Shown one piece after another: positions 9,333 through 16,903 of a stretch of DNA of 64,000 bases. The stretch's first letter is position 1. Each line of letters begins with the position of its first letter. A program made the translations under genes and the position numbers. Below the pieces are notes generated by a model, which saw only the letters and a list, made by a program, of their open reading frames with translations, was not told the origin of the DNA and did no database searches. The stretch covers positions 124,001 through 188,000 of IMG/VR virus record IMGVR_UViG_3300015265_000001; one strand, written 5' to 3'.

Positions 9333-9357
9333 TAATTTTTGAAACCTACATTATTAG
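9333..9357 (+). promoter_or_regulatory. Early phage promoter
   Basis: TAATTTTTGAAACCTACATTATTAG, identical to 52535-52559; resembles phiKZ TATATTAC-type early promoters. Confidence 0.75.
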
Positions 9358-9411
9358 AGCAGACTACGTATTACAAATAGGCTTTTAAGGAAGTCGAAAG
9401 AGGTTCTCGCC

Positions 9412-10548
9412 ATGGCTACTGAATTGAATAGCTTCCAGCTCAAATACCGGGTTACCAATATCTCTAACAAAGAGATCATTGTGAAAGTCAAAGGTGGTTT
9501 GAGTTATATCGTGCAACGTGGTCAAGAAGCCACTTATATCAGTGAACAACAAATCCATGTGGTCATCGAGAACGTCTATCTGGACAATCTGATGATTGAC
9601 GTGAATGCCGCCCTGACCAAGCTCGATAAATCCATATTAGCGGAAATGAGTAAGGAACAGGAGCGCCTGCGTAAATCGAATAGCGATTACCACATTCGCA
9701 TGCCAGTGACGTTGCAGGTTCAATTGGATCTGCACCAGGGTATGGTGGAACGCAACAATGCGATTCACAGCGAACTGTTGGGCATTACGCTGTACCTGGG
9801 TAGTTCGAACATGGACCAACCATGTCTGAACACTCCGGCCTTTACCATGCAGGAACTCTTCGAGAATCCTGGTGATGAGTCGATCCAGGGCAAAGCTGCT
9901 TTGCACTACTTTGTGTACATCAACGACCCAAATCGGGTCAGTAAACCACTCTATACGAACATCATGGGTAAATCGACTGAGGTCCCGATTGACTATGATG
10001 CAAACAAACAACCCGGATTGTATGTTGGTATTTCTCGCGGTATTGAACCACGGGGGACCCAATATTACGCCTTCGGTGAATTGGACGATCAGAAATTAAC
10101 GCATCTGGGTCTGTTCAAAACAAAAGCCGAGTGTGACGCAGGAGGAAATACGGAACGGTTCTTGACGGCAGAGAGCAAGAACCGAGAGCTGAACAAAGAC
10201 ATCAACAGCATGCGTACCCAGATTGAAAACCTGTCTGAGACATTGGCTAAATCTGAATCCAATGTCTTTCGCCTGACGAATGACATGACAAAATTGAAAG
10301 ACGAACACAAAATCGAGCTGAACACCATTAAACTGGAACATCGCATTGAGGCTAACACCTTGAAGCATTCCGGCAAGATGGCTTCGGACCTGTTCAAGTT
10401 CGAGACGCGTATCAAGGACACAGTGAACAAGGCGAACACTGAGCTTGTAAAACAGAAGGGCGCGCAGAACTCCTGGGGGGATTTTGCGAAGGCCGTAGGC
10501 ACCTTGGCAGGTGTGGCAATCACGGGGTATAAGCTGCTAACAGCATAA
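9412..10548 (+). CDS. Conserved hypothetical protein, C-terminal coiled coil and hydrophobic tail
   Basis: 378 aa; heptad-rich C-terminal half ending AVGTLAGVAITGYKLLTA. Confidence 0.6.
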   Translation: MATELNSFQLKYRVTNISNKEIIVKVKGGLSYIVQRGQEATYISEQQIHVVIENVYLDNLMIDVNAALTKLDKSILAEMSKEQERLRKSNSDYHIRMPVTLQVQLDLHQGMVERNNAIHSELLGITLYLGSSNMDQPCLNTPAFTMQELFENPGDESIQGKAALHYFVYINDPNRVSKPLYTNIMGKSTEVPIDYDANKQPGLYVGISRGIEPRGTQYYAFGELDDQKLTHLGLFKTKAECDAGGNTERFLTAESKNRELNKDINSMRTQIENLSETLAKSESNVFRLTNDMTKLKDEHKIELNTIKLEHRIEANTLKHSGKMASDLFKFETRIKDTVNKANTELVKQKGAQNSWGDFAKAVGTLAGVAITGYKLLTA

Positions 10549-10558
10549 CGGAGCATCC

Positions 10559-12220
10559 ATGTCATCCAAATTAGCCAGAGCCATTGATAACTCAATGCCA
10601 CGGTTTAACACAACGATAACCGAGGGGTTTCATCAGAACGAGTTCGAGGGTGCTGTTTACTATTATGAGAATGCTCTGAAGATGATCTTCAAGAGTATCG
10701 AAAAACGCGGTGTCTTCTTTATTGGTGTGGACGAAGTTGATCCAGACGAATATATCAGCCACCTGATTCAAAGCAGTACGAAGTTGTTTGACATCCACAA
10801 GGAAACACTGTACCCGGTTAAGTTGAAGTTTGAATACGTCAACCGAGCTGGTGAGATCATCGAGATGCAGCAGTACACCATGCTGCCGTATACCGATATC
10901 TACGGAGACCTGTGGTTGCGTGGTACGCAGTACAGCTTGCAGTTTGTGTTGGCTGAGCGTGGGCTGCCGGTAACAAAAGAAAACGCCTTGTTCGTTAAGG
11001 TGTTGGGCTTCAAGTTCAAGATTGGTACCGAACACTTCAAGTTCTCCCAAGTCCTCACCGATACGGGTAACCTGACGTACAAGACTACCGAGTTGAACCT
11101 GGCAGCCAACCGTTTCTACAGCCCCACTGAGTCACGCAAGATCACAGACACCAAAACACCTATGCCGCTGTTGGCATGGTATACCTTTGCTGACATGGGG
11201 TTCAGCAAGGCGATCGATCTCTTTGGCGAATGCGACTATGAGATCGCGCCGGTAGACGTACTGGTGTCTGAATGCCGTCCGGAAGACCGCTGGGAGATCT
11301 TTACCCGCGCCAGCCGTTCTGGTAATGCCAAGTACTTGGGGGAGTTTGTTCCTCATGACTACGGCATCGCAATACGCAACAAATCAAGCAAACGGAAAGA
11401 ACTCAGTGCAATGGGCTTGCAGTATGCCAGTGCTCTGTTGTTTGTAGTCGATTGCCTTTCGTCGTACTTCGATATTGACAACATCGATAACCCGAACTAC
11501 TGGAAGTTGATCATTGGTCGTTGCTCGGTTAAAGCCGGTGACAGTAATGATTACATCATGCGCTTGATGAATGAGCACTTTGATTCCATTAACGAGTACC
11601 TCGACGAAGACTCGATTAAGAAGTTTGCCAGTCAGTCGATCGTAGTGAGCAACATGTTTGAGTTGTTTAACTACATCATCGCCAACCGTAGTGAGATTGT
11701 ACAAACCACGGATCGGGCTGACATGTTCCACAAGGAACTGGCGAGTTTGGAGTTTACGTTGGACAAGCTGATTACAGCCGCCAACAAGTTCAAGCACGAA
11801 ATCAAAAACAACTCCGAGCTTAACCAGAAAAAGGTAGCTCGTTTCCTGACTAACAACTTTCACATTAAGGAGATTGACAATTCGCGCACAACCAATCTCA
11901 TTCAGGAAGCGACGCCAACCGATTGCCCGTATGTGGACTATGTGTTGGGTTGTATGCCTCAACATCGTGTTTACACGAATTCGACCAAAGCGAAGAAGCG
12001 TGGTGAGTTTGATACCACAGACAGTGCAGGCAGCGCACACGCGAGCATTGCATTTGTAAACAGCTTCCTTCGGGTAACTGGACCCTACCCGGACGGTCGA
12101 GGCTATCTCAACCCATGCGTCTATCTCGTTCAAGGCAAGACAACGGCGCTGGATCCTTCGCTGAAGTGGCTGTATCTGAAAACGGATAAACGCCTACGCC
12201 ACCGTGAACCCTTTGCTTAA
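10559..12220 (+). CDS. Probable non-virion multisubunit RNA polymerase beta-subunit fragment (phiKZ gp123-like)
   Basis: 553 aa; N-terminus (ARAIDNSMPRFN..I.EG, YTMLPY, YSLQFVLAERG) resembles the recalled family; size and position two genes after MCP agree. Confidence 0.65.
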   Translation: MSSKLARAIDNSMPRFNTTITEGFHQNEFEGAVYYYENALKMIFKSIEKRGVFFIGVDEVDPDEYISHLIQSSTKLFDIHKETLYPVKLKFEYVNRAGEIIEMQQYTMLPYTDIYGDLWLRGTQYSLQFVLAERGLPVTKENALFVKVLGFKFKIGTEHFKFSQVLTDTGNLTYKTTELNLAANRFYSPTESRKITDTKTPMPLLAWYTFADMGFSKAIDLFGECDYEIAPVDVLVSECRPEDRWEIFTRASRSGNAKYLGEFVPHDYGIAIRNKSSKRKELSAMGLQYASALLFVVDCLSSYFDIDNIDNPNYWKLIIGRCSVKAGDSNDYIMRLMNEHFDSINEYLDEDSIKKFASQSIVVSNMFELFNYIIANRSEIVQTTDRADMFHKELASLEFTLDKLITAANKFKHEIKNNSELNQKKVARFLTNNFHIKEIDNSRTTNLIQEATPTDCPYVDYVLGCMPQHRVYTNSTKAKKRGEFDTTDSAGSAHASIAFVNSFLRVTGPYPDGRGYLNPCVYLVQGKTTALDPSLKWLYLKTDKRLRHREPFA

Positions 12221-12244
12221 GACAGGGGGTGTTAGGAGTGTGTA

Positions 12245-14566
12245 ATGATTAAACCAACAAACCCAGCTGCTGTGCAGATACCAGATGGGAACAACATGGG
12301 GATGAACAATCCCATGAACCCAATGAATCGCACAGGTTACAACACCCCGGGAGCGCAACAATCCAACCTTTCCCCCGGGGATGTCATCCGCAACATCATG
12401 TCGCAAAACCTGAACAGTAACAATGGTACTGGCGGTGGTTTTAACTGGGGTAACGTTGGTGGTGGTCTCTATGAAGACGAGGCACTCCGCTCGCTGCGCA
12501 CCAGTCAGGAAAGCGACCCAACCAGCAACGCCTATCTGATCGATCGGGTAGCTGGTGCAATGCAAATGTTTCTGCAACAAGTTTACCACCGTGCAGGTCC
12601 TTTCTTCGAAGAGTACCGCAAAGCCCGTGAAGACTTCCGTCTGAACGAGATGCAGCAGGTTGACGAAATCCGTAATGCCTATATTGAAGACGTGTGTAAA
12701 CAACACGAATTCACCCGCATCATTGCAATCAATGCCATGCCGTTCTTTGGTAAGGGTCTGATTGAATTGCTGCGGAATGGTAACCGGGATCAGCTGCAAC
12801 AGGCGGAGTACCTGAACACGGCGTTTATTGCTTGTCGCAACATTTTGTTCTTTGAAATGATCAACTGGCTGATGAAGTCGCCAAACGGCCGACGCTACAC
12901 CAATCGGCTGACTAAAGCTATTCAGGTGAAAATCAGTAACCTGGAAAACTTTAAGGAAGCGGCTGCTGCTGTATACGACCTCTTTAACCAGACGTCGCCA
13001 TACAACAACCTGGAGTTCAAACGTCCTGAGTCGACCCGTACCGATTACAACATGCTTTACGGTCCGGCGTCTGAATATGTACAGCGTTCGTTTGAGCCGC
13101 AGGTGGTTCCATCGGCAGCGTATCAAGATGAAGCCATGCGCGACATCTATCAGATGATCAATAATAACGCAAACACCCGGGGCCAGTTCCACCGACCGAC
13201 CCAGGACAAATCACTTGTGATTGGAGGTGAGATTATGAAGAGTTGGGATGAGGTACGAGGTGACTTCAACAACCTGACCCCAGACAACCGTAGCGAGTTC
13301 CGACTCAGCCGGTTCTTTTACAACATCGGTAAACCAAATCACTACTTCATCGCGGAGAGTGACTGGAAGAAGATCCAACACGCCTATCGGCGCCATGAAG
13401 AACAGAAGGCAGAAGAAACGGTCCTCCAGGGCTGCTTCCGTATTGTCATTATCGATCTCGACGGCGACGGTGGCTGGTTCAGTACTATCGTTCGCAAAGA
13501 GGGCCTCGATATGCAAACTGTCCTCACGGACCCAGCTAAATTGCTACCCCTGCTGGAAAACCCTGACGAGTTGGATGACTCCTGGGTTGTTAAGCCGTTC
13601 CCGCTGGAAGACGTTGTGGTCGAGAAGACCATGGACATTCCAATCGAAACCGTCGAGAAGATGGAAAAAGCCGTTCCGCTCATCGCAGTTGCAGAGCCGA
13701 TCGTCAGCAACTCCAGTCGTCAACTGGAAAGCACCATCGACACCGTCAACGGTCGTCTTGCATCCCACTTCACCAAAGTCAACGCCGTGGGCTTCCACGC
13801 TGTTAACTGGGACACGTACATCTGCAAGAGCAAGGAAGAAAAAGACACGCTGTACGGTGATCTGACGTTCCTGTTCAAGGACAACGACACTCGTGCAAGC
13901 TTCGTCAATGCTGTAGCAGCGGTTAATCGTTATGGCGAGCAGAAACGTGTAAGCGGTGAACTGATCAAGTTCATCGGTGATCATCTGACGCAAGTCATCA
14001 ACAACTGGCTCATTAACTGCGCGGGCTACAACCCGAACAAGAACGGCCACGGTCATCTGTCGGTTAACAACATCCTGACTGATTACCGTCCGCTGATCGA
14101 CTGGCTGAAAGAGCGTGATCCAGAAACTGCTCTGCACCTGCTGGAAGTAGATCGTGCAAACTACCTCAACGAGGCGGTGCGCATGTTCGACTACAACAAC
14201 CCGTACGTGCTGGCAGAAGGTCAAGAGCCGTCGGCAATTGATCTGCTCAAGACCGAACTGGAACTGACTGTTGGTCGTCACATGTATGTCAATGTGATCA
14301 ACAAGCGGACGGGTCCAGCGTACGTTGAAGCTAACGTACCGGTGCGCATCAAACGCAGCAAGTGGCCGGAATACTTCAAGATGATTGAAGACGGTTTCGA
14401 TGAAACCATGACGGAAGATGATGACGTCGCCGTGACTGACAAACTGCTGCGCTTCTCTGAAAGCGGCGGTATGTGGCTGTTCAGTTATTCCACGATCGAT
14501 CGTAACGTTGCAACTCTGCGTTTCGTATCGCGTGAAAAGCCGCTCTGCTTGTTGTCGCTGAGTTAA
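12245..14566 (+). CDS. Large conserved hypothetical protein with Asn/Met/Gly-rich disordered N-terminus
   Basis: 773 aa, AGGAG RBS. Confidence 0.6.
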   Translation: MIKPTNPAAVQIPDGNNMGMNNPMNPMNRTGYNTPGAQQSNLSPGDVIRNIMSQNLNSNNGTGGGFNWGNVGGGLYEDEALRSLRTSQESDPTSNAYLIDRVAGAMQMFLQQVYHRAGPFFEEYRKAREDFRLNEMQQVDEIRNAYIEDVCKQHEFTRIIAINAMPFFGKGLIELLRNGNRDQLQQAEYLNTAFIACRNILFFEMINWLMKSPNGRRYTNRLTKAIQVKISNLENFKEAAAAVYDLFNQTSPYNNLEFKRPESTRTDYNMLYGPASEYVQRSFEPQVVPSAAYQDEAMRDIYQMINNNANTRGQFHRPTQDKSLVIGGEIMKSWDEVRGDFNNLTPDNRSEFRLSRFFYNIGKPNHYFIAESDWKKIQHAYRRHEEQKAEETVLQGCFRIVIIDLDGDGGWFSTIVRKEGLDMQTVLTDPAKLLPLLENPDELDDSWVVKPFPLEDVVVEKTMDIPIETVEKMEKAVPLIAVAEPIVSNSSRQLESTIDTVNGRLASHFTKVNAVGFHAVNWDTYICKSKEEKDTLYGDLTFLFKDNDTRASFVNAVAAVNRYGEQKRVSGELIKFIGDHLTQVINNWLINCAGYNPNKNGHGHLSVNNILTDYRPLIDWLKERDPETALHLLEVDRANYLNEAVRMFDYNNPYVLAEGQEPSAIDLLKTELELTVGRHMYVNVINKRTGPAYVEANVPVRIKRSKWPEYFKMIEDGFDETMTEDDDVAVTDKLLRFSESGGMWLFSYSTIDRNVATLRFVSREKPLCLLSLS

Positions 14567-14586
14567 ATATCTGCGCAGATATTTAA
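14563..14586. repeat. Perfect 24-bp palindrome with no spacer
   Basis: TTAAATATCTGC|GCAGATATTTAA, overlapping the stop codon. Confidence 0.85.
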
Positions 14587-14591
14587 GGCAA

Positions 14592-14641
14592 GTAACCTAC
14601 CGGGGATTTACCCGGTAGGTTACGCCTATTTCTTTTTTTTT
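14592..14641 (+). terminator. Intrinsic terminator
   Basis: GTAACCTACCGGG-GATTTA-CCCGGTAGGTTAC followed by a long T-run. Confidence 0.85.
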
Positions 14642-14646
14642 GATTT

Positions 14647-14690
14647 TTTAAGATACAGAGTTTCTCACGTCTATATTACTTGGGTGATTA
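14647..14690 (+). promoter_or_regulatory. Extended early promoter, copy 1
   Basis: TTTAAGATACAG-N12-CTATATTAC-nTGnGTGATTA; 36/44 identical to 50617-50660. Confidence 0.75.
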
Positions 14691-14735
14691 AGACAATTAA
14701 GTCTTTCATACTTAACCCCAATGGGAGTAACAAAC

Positions 14736-15068
14736 ATGACTTCTTTCAATGCTGCTGAACGCGCCGCCGCTGCACAATCTTTCCGTGGTGTGCGTGACGA
14801 TGGTGTACGTATCGGTCAAATCGCTGGTGTTGCTGGTGCACTCCTCGGCGCAGCAGCTTGCGTTAATCAGGGCAGTTCTCTGGCTAGCGGTCTGGTAGGT
14901 GGCTTGGCAGGCAGTGTTGCCGGCTACGCTGTGGGTACCCTCTGGGGTGTGGCCGAAGTTAACGCCACTGGCAAGATCATCTCTGGCACCATGTCCGGCC
15001 TGTTCGGCGTGGGTGTAGCCAGCACGGTCTGCTCTATCGTGGACTGCTTCGTAAACGAGCCCAAGTAA
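14736..15068 (+). CDS. Glycine-zipper membrane protein (110 aa)
   Basis: GxxxG arrays in three hydrophobic segments; GGAG RBS favours the 14736 start; homologous to the C-terminus of 50720-51856. Confidence 0.75.
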   Translation: MTSFNAAERAAAAQSFRGVRDDGVRIGQIAGVAGALLGAAACVNQGSSLASGLVGGLAGSVAGYAVGTLWGVAEVNATGKIISGTMSGLFGVGVASTVCSIVDCFVNEPK

Positions 15069-15085
15069 TAGGGGTTCGATGAATG

Positions 15086-15117
15086 AATAAAGGGAGCCTC
15101 GGTTCCCTTTATTTTTT
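15086..15117 (+). terminator. Intrinsic terminator
   Basis: AATAAAGGGAGC-CTCG-GTTCCCTTTATT followed by TTTT. Confidence 0.8.
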
Positions 15118-15138
15118 GTCCTTTGCGAGGATATAAAC

Positions 15139-15504
15139 ATGTTACTCAAACTTCATCCGCAGTCAGTAATGGGCATACCTGCGATTGATCAGATCATTGA
15201 TTACTTCCAGGGTTTAATAGTTACAGGGGCCTGGCCTGCTGACATTCGTTGCACGCGGGATATTATCACTGAACTGGACATTGTAGTAAGTGAGAGCGAT
15301 TTCGCCAACACACTGAATACCCACCACGCGTTCCTCTATGTAGGAACTCCTCAGGCGCTCCCCAGGACGTTTGCAAGCTTCTATAGACACCAACCCTTCA
15401 AGGACTGGGTGATCCTCCTTAAACCCAAGGATAATCACCTTGCTGATCCGGTGTATATTTTCTCTAAAGATAGTACACCACCTTCTCACCCTACGCTTCA
15501 TTAG
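15139..15504 (+). CDS. Small protein with nucleotidyltransferase-like motif
   Basis: LIVTGA...RDIITELDIVVSESDF parallels LSAGA...RDETNDLDVDVLPGVF of 43033-43473; GAGGA RBS. Confidence 0.45.
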   Translation: MLLKLHPQSVMGIPAIDQIIDYFQGLIVTGAWPADIRCTRDIITELDIVVSESDFANTLNTHHAFLYVGTPQALPRTFASFYRHQPFKDWVILLKPKDNHLADPVYIFSKDSTPPSHPTLH

Positions 15505-15513
15505 GAGAATTGC

Positions 15514-16098
15514 ATGACTGATTTACCAGAAAAGAACTACAAGCATTTGACCGATGAAGACCTGGGTATTCTCCTGGGCGGTTATCGCGTCATTAAGTTC
15601 AAGGACGACCCCAAAGAACTTAAAGGTGTAGATGTACCTACCGGTCTGGAACTGGTCTACGAGATTCAACGTCGGTTAAAGAAGTCGGGACCTAACCTCA
15701 GCTGGGATCAAGCGGTAGAACGTCGTCAATCCCCTACGCCAGATTTGTTGGAGTTCGCACTCCCGCAGATCATGCCGTTTCCGGATAAGGTTCTTCAAAC
15801 TACGCCTGAACAAATGCGCCGGACATTTGAAACGATGTATGAAAAATTGGTGGTCAGTAATAACCTCCCGGATTACTGGCCTTCCCTTGGTGAGGCGTCG
15901 CATATGTTCTCCGTCTTCCTTATGGCTGGTATCGACACGTTAGCGAGAACTGGACTGCTCCCTAGCGATTGTTGCGTTGTCTTTAGTAAAGAAACCAACC
16001 CAGTTCTTATGGAAATCAATAAGGAGCGGGCGTTAAAGTGTCTTAAACCTATCTTCTGCTTCTTGGCGAAGAAAGGTGAATTGAAGGAAGTTATTTGA
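15514..16098 (+). CDS. Hypothetical protein sharing an N-terminal module with 16199-16831
   Basis: 194 aa, AGGAG RBS. Confidence 0.65.
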   Translation: MTDLPEKNYKHLTDEDLGILLGGYRVIKFKDDPKELKGVDVPTGLELVYEIQRRLKKSGPNLSWDQAVERRQSPTPDLLEFALPQIMPFPDKVLQTTPEQMRRTFETMYEKLVVSNNLPDYWPSLGEASHMFSVFLMAGIDTLARTGLLPSDCCVVFSKETNPVLMEINKERALKCLKPIFCFLAKKGELKEVI

Positions 16099-16103
16099 TA
16101 CAT

Positions 16104-16144
16104 CTGTGCCGGGTTACCGGCACGGTAAACCTTCTTTATTTTTT
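16104..16144 (+). terminator. Probable intrinsic terminator
   Basis: CTGTGCCGG-GTTA-CCGGCACGG with a downstream T-rich tract. Confidence 0.6.
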
Positions 16145-16198
16145 GCCCTCGTTAACATCCTTTGTAGAAACCCACCTGTAACCAAAGAGAGATAATCG

Positions 16199-16831
16199 AT
16201 GTCTACTAACTACCCGCATCTCACCAATGGTGACGTCGCCAACCTGTTGTCCGACCACCGTCTCACGCAAGTTCATCCACGCTCTCAGCGTTACGCCAAC
16301 GATCCGTGCCCTACTGGCGACGGTCTGATTGCTCTGGCCAAAGAACGTCTGATCGCTGTCGCCGACAAGCCTGGCGCTGAAGCAGCGCCAGAAGCTGCCC
16401 GCATGACCCCTGAAGCGGCCATGAACAACGTTGCCACGGTCACTGACCTTGACACCCTGACCGCGCACTTCGCCGATCTGCTGATCGAAGCAGCGCCACT
16501 GGCGGCCGGTAATGAACTCTCCAGCGCGCTGGGTGATTTGAAGTCTCGCGTACTGACGGCTGTTGCCGCCACCATCGAACCTGTCGAGAAAGAAGTACGG
16601 GTTGAAGTACCCGCTGCCGGTCCAACCGACGCCGACCTGGTTGCCCGTTACGACGGCATCAACAGCCTCGAACAACTCGAAGAAGTTCTGAGCGCCGGTC
16701 ATGGCGAAGAAGTTCTGCTGGCACTCGTGGGCATGGCCGATCGCATCCGTGCTTCCGTCATTGCTGCTCAGGCGCCAGTTGAAAAGACGGCTGAAGAACC
16801 TGCACCAGAACAAGCCGCTGAACAACAGTAA
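16199..16831 (+). CDS. Ala/Glu/Pro-rich acidic protein, probably highly expressed
   Basis: 210 aa, MCP-like codon bias, own terminator. Confidence 0.7.
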   Translation: MSTNYPHLTNGDVANLLSDHRLTQVHPRSQRYANDPCPTGDGLIALAKERLIAVADKPGAEAAPEAARMTPEAAMNNVATVTDLDTLTAHFADLLIEAAPLAAGNELSSALGDLKSRVLTAVAATIEPVEKEVRVEVPAAGPTDADLVARYDGINSLEQLEEVLSAGHGEEVLLALVGMADRIRASVIAAQAPVEKTAEEPAPEQAAEQQ

Positions 16832-16843
16832 GCAGCCATAAGG

Positions 16844-16898
16844 CTAACCCTCCTCTCCTTTACGGGAGAGGAGGGTTAGTTACGGTTATTTCTTTTTT
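16844..16898. terminator. Terminator between convergent genes
   Basis: CTAACCCTCCTCTCCT-TTAC-GGGAGAGGAGGGTTAG; T-run on the + side. Confidence 0.8.
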
Positions 16899-16903
16899 GC
16901 TAC

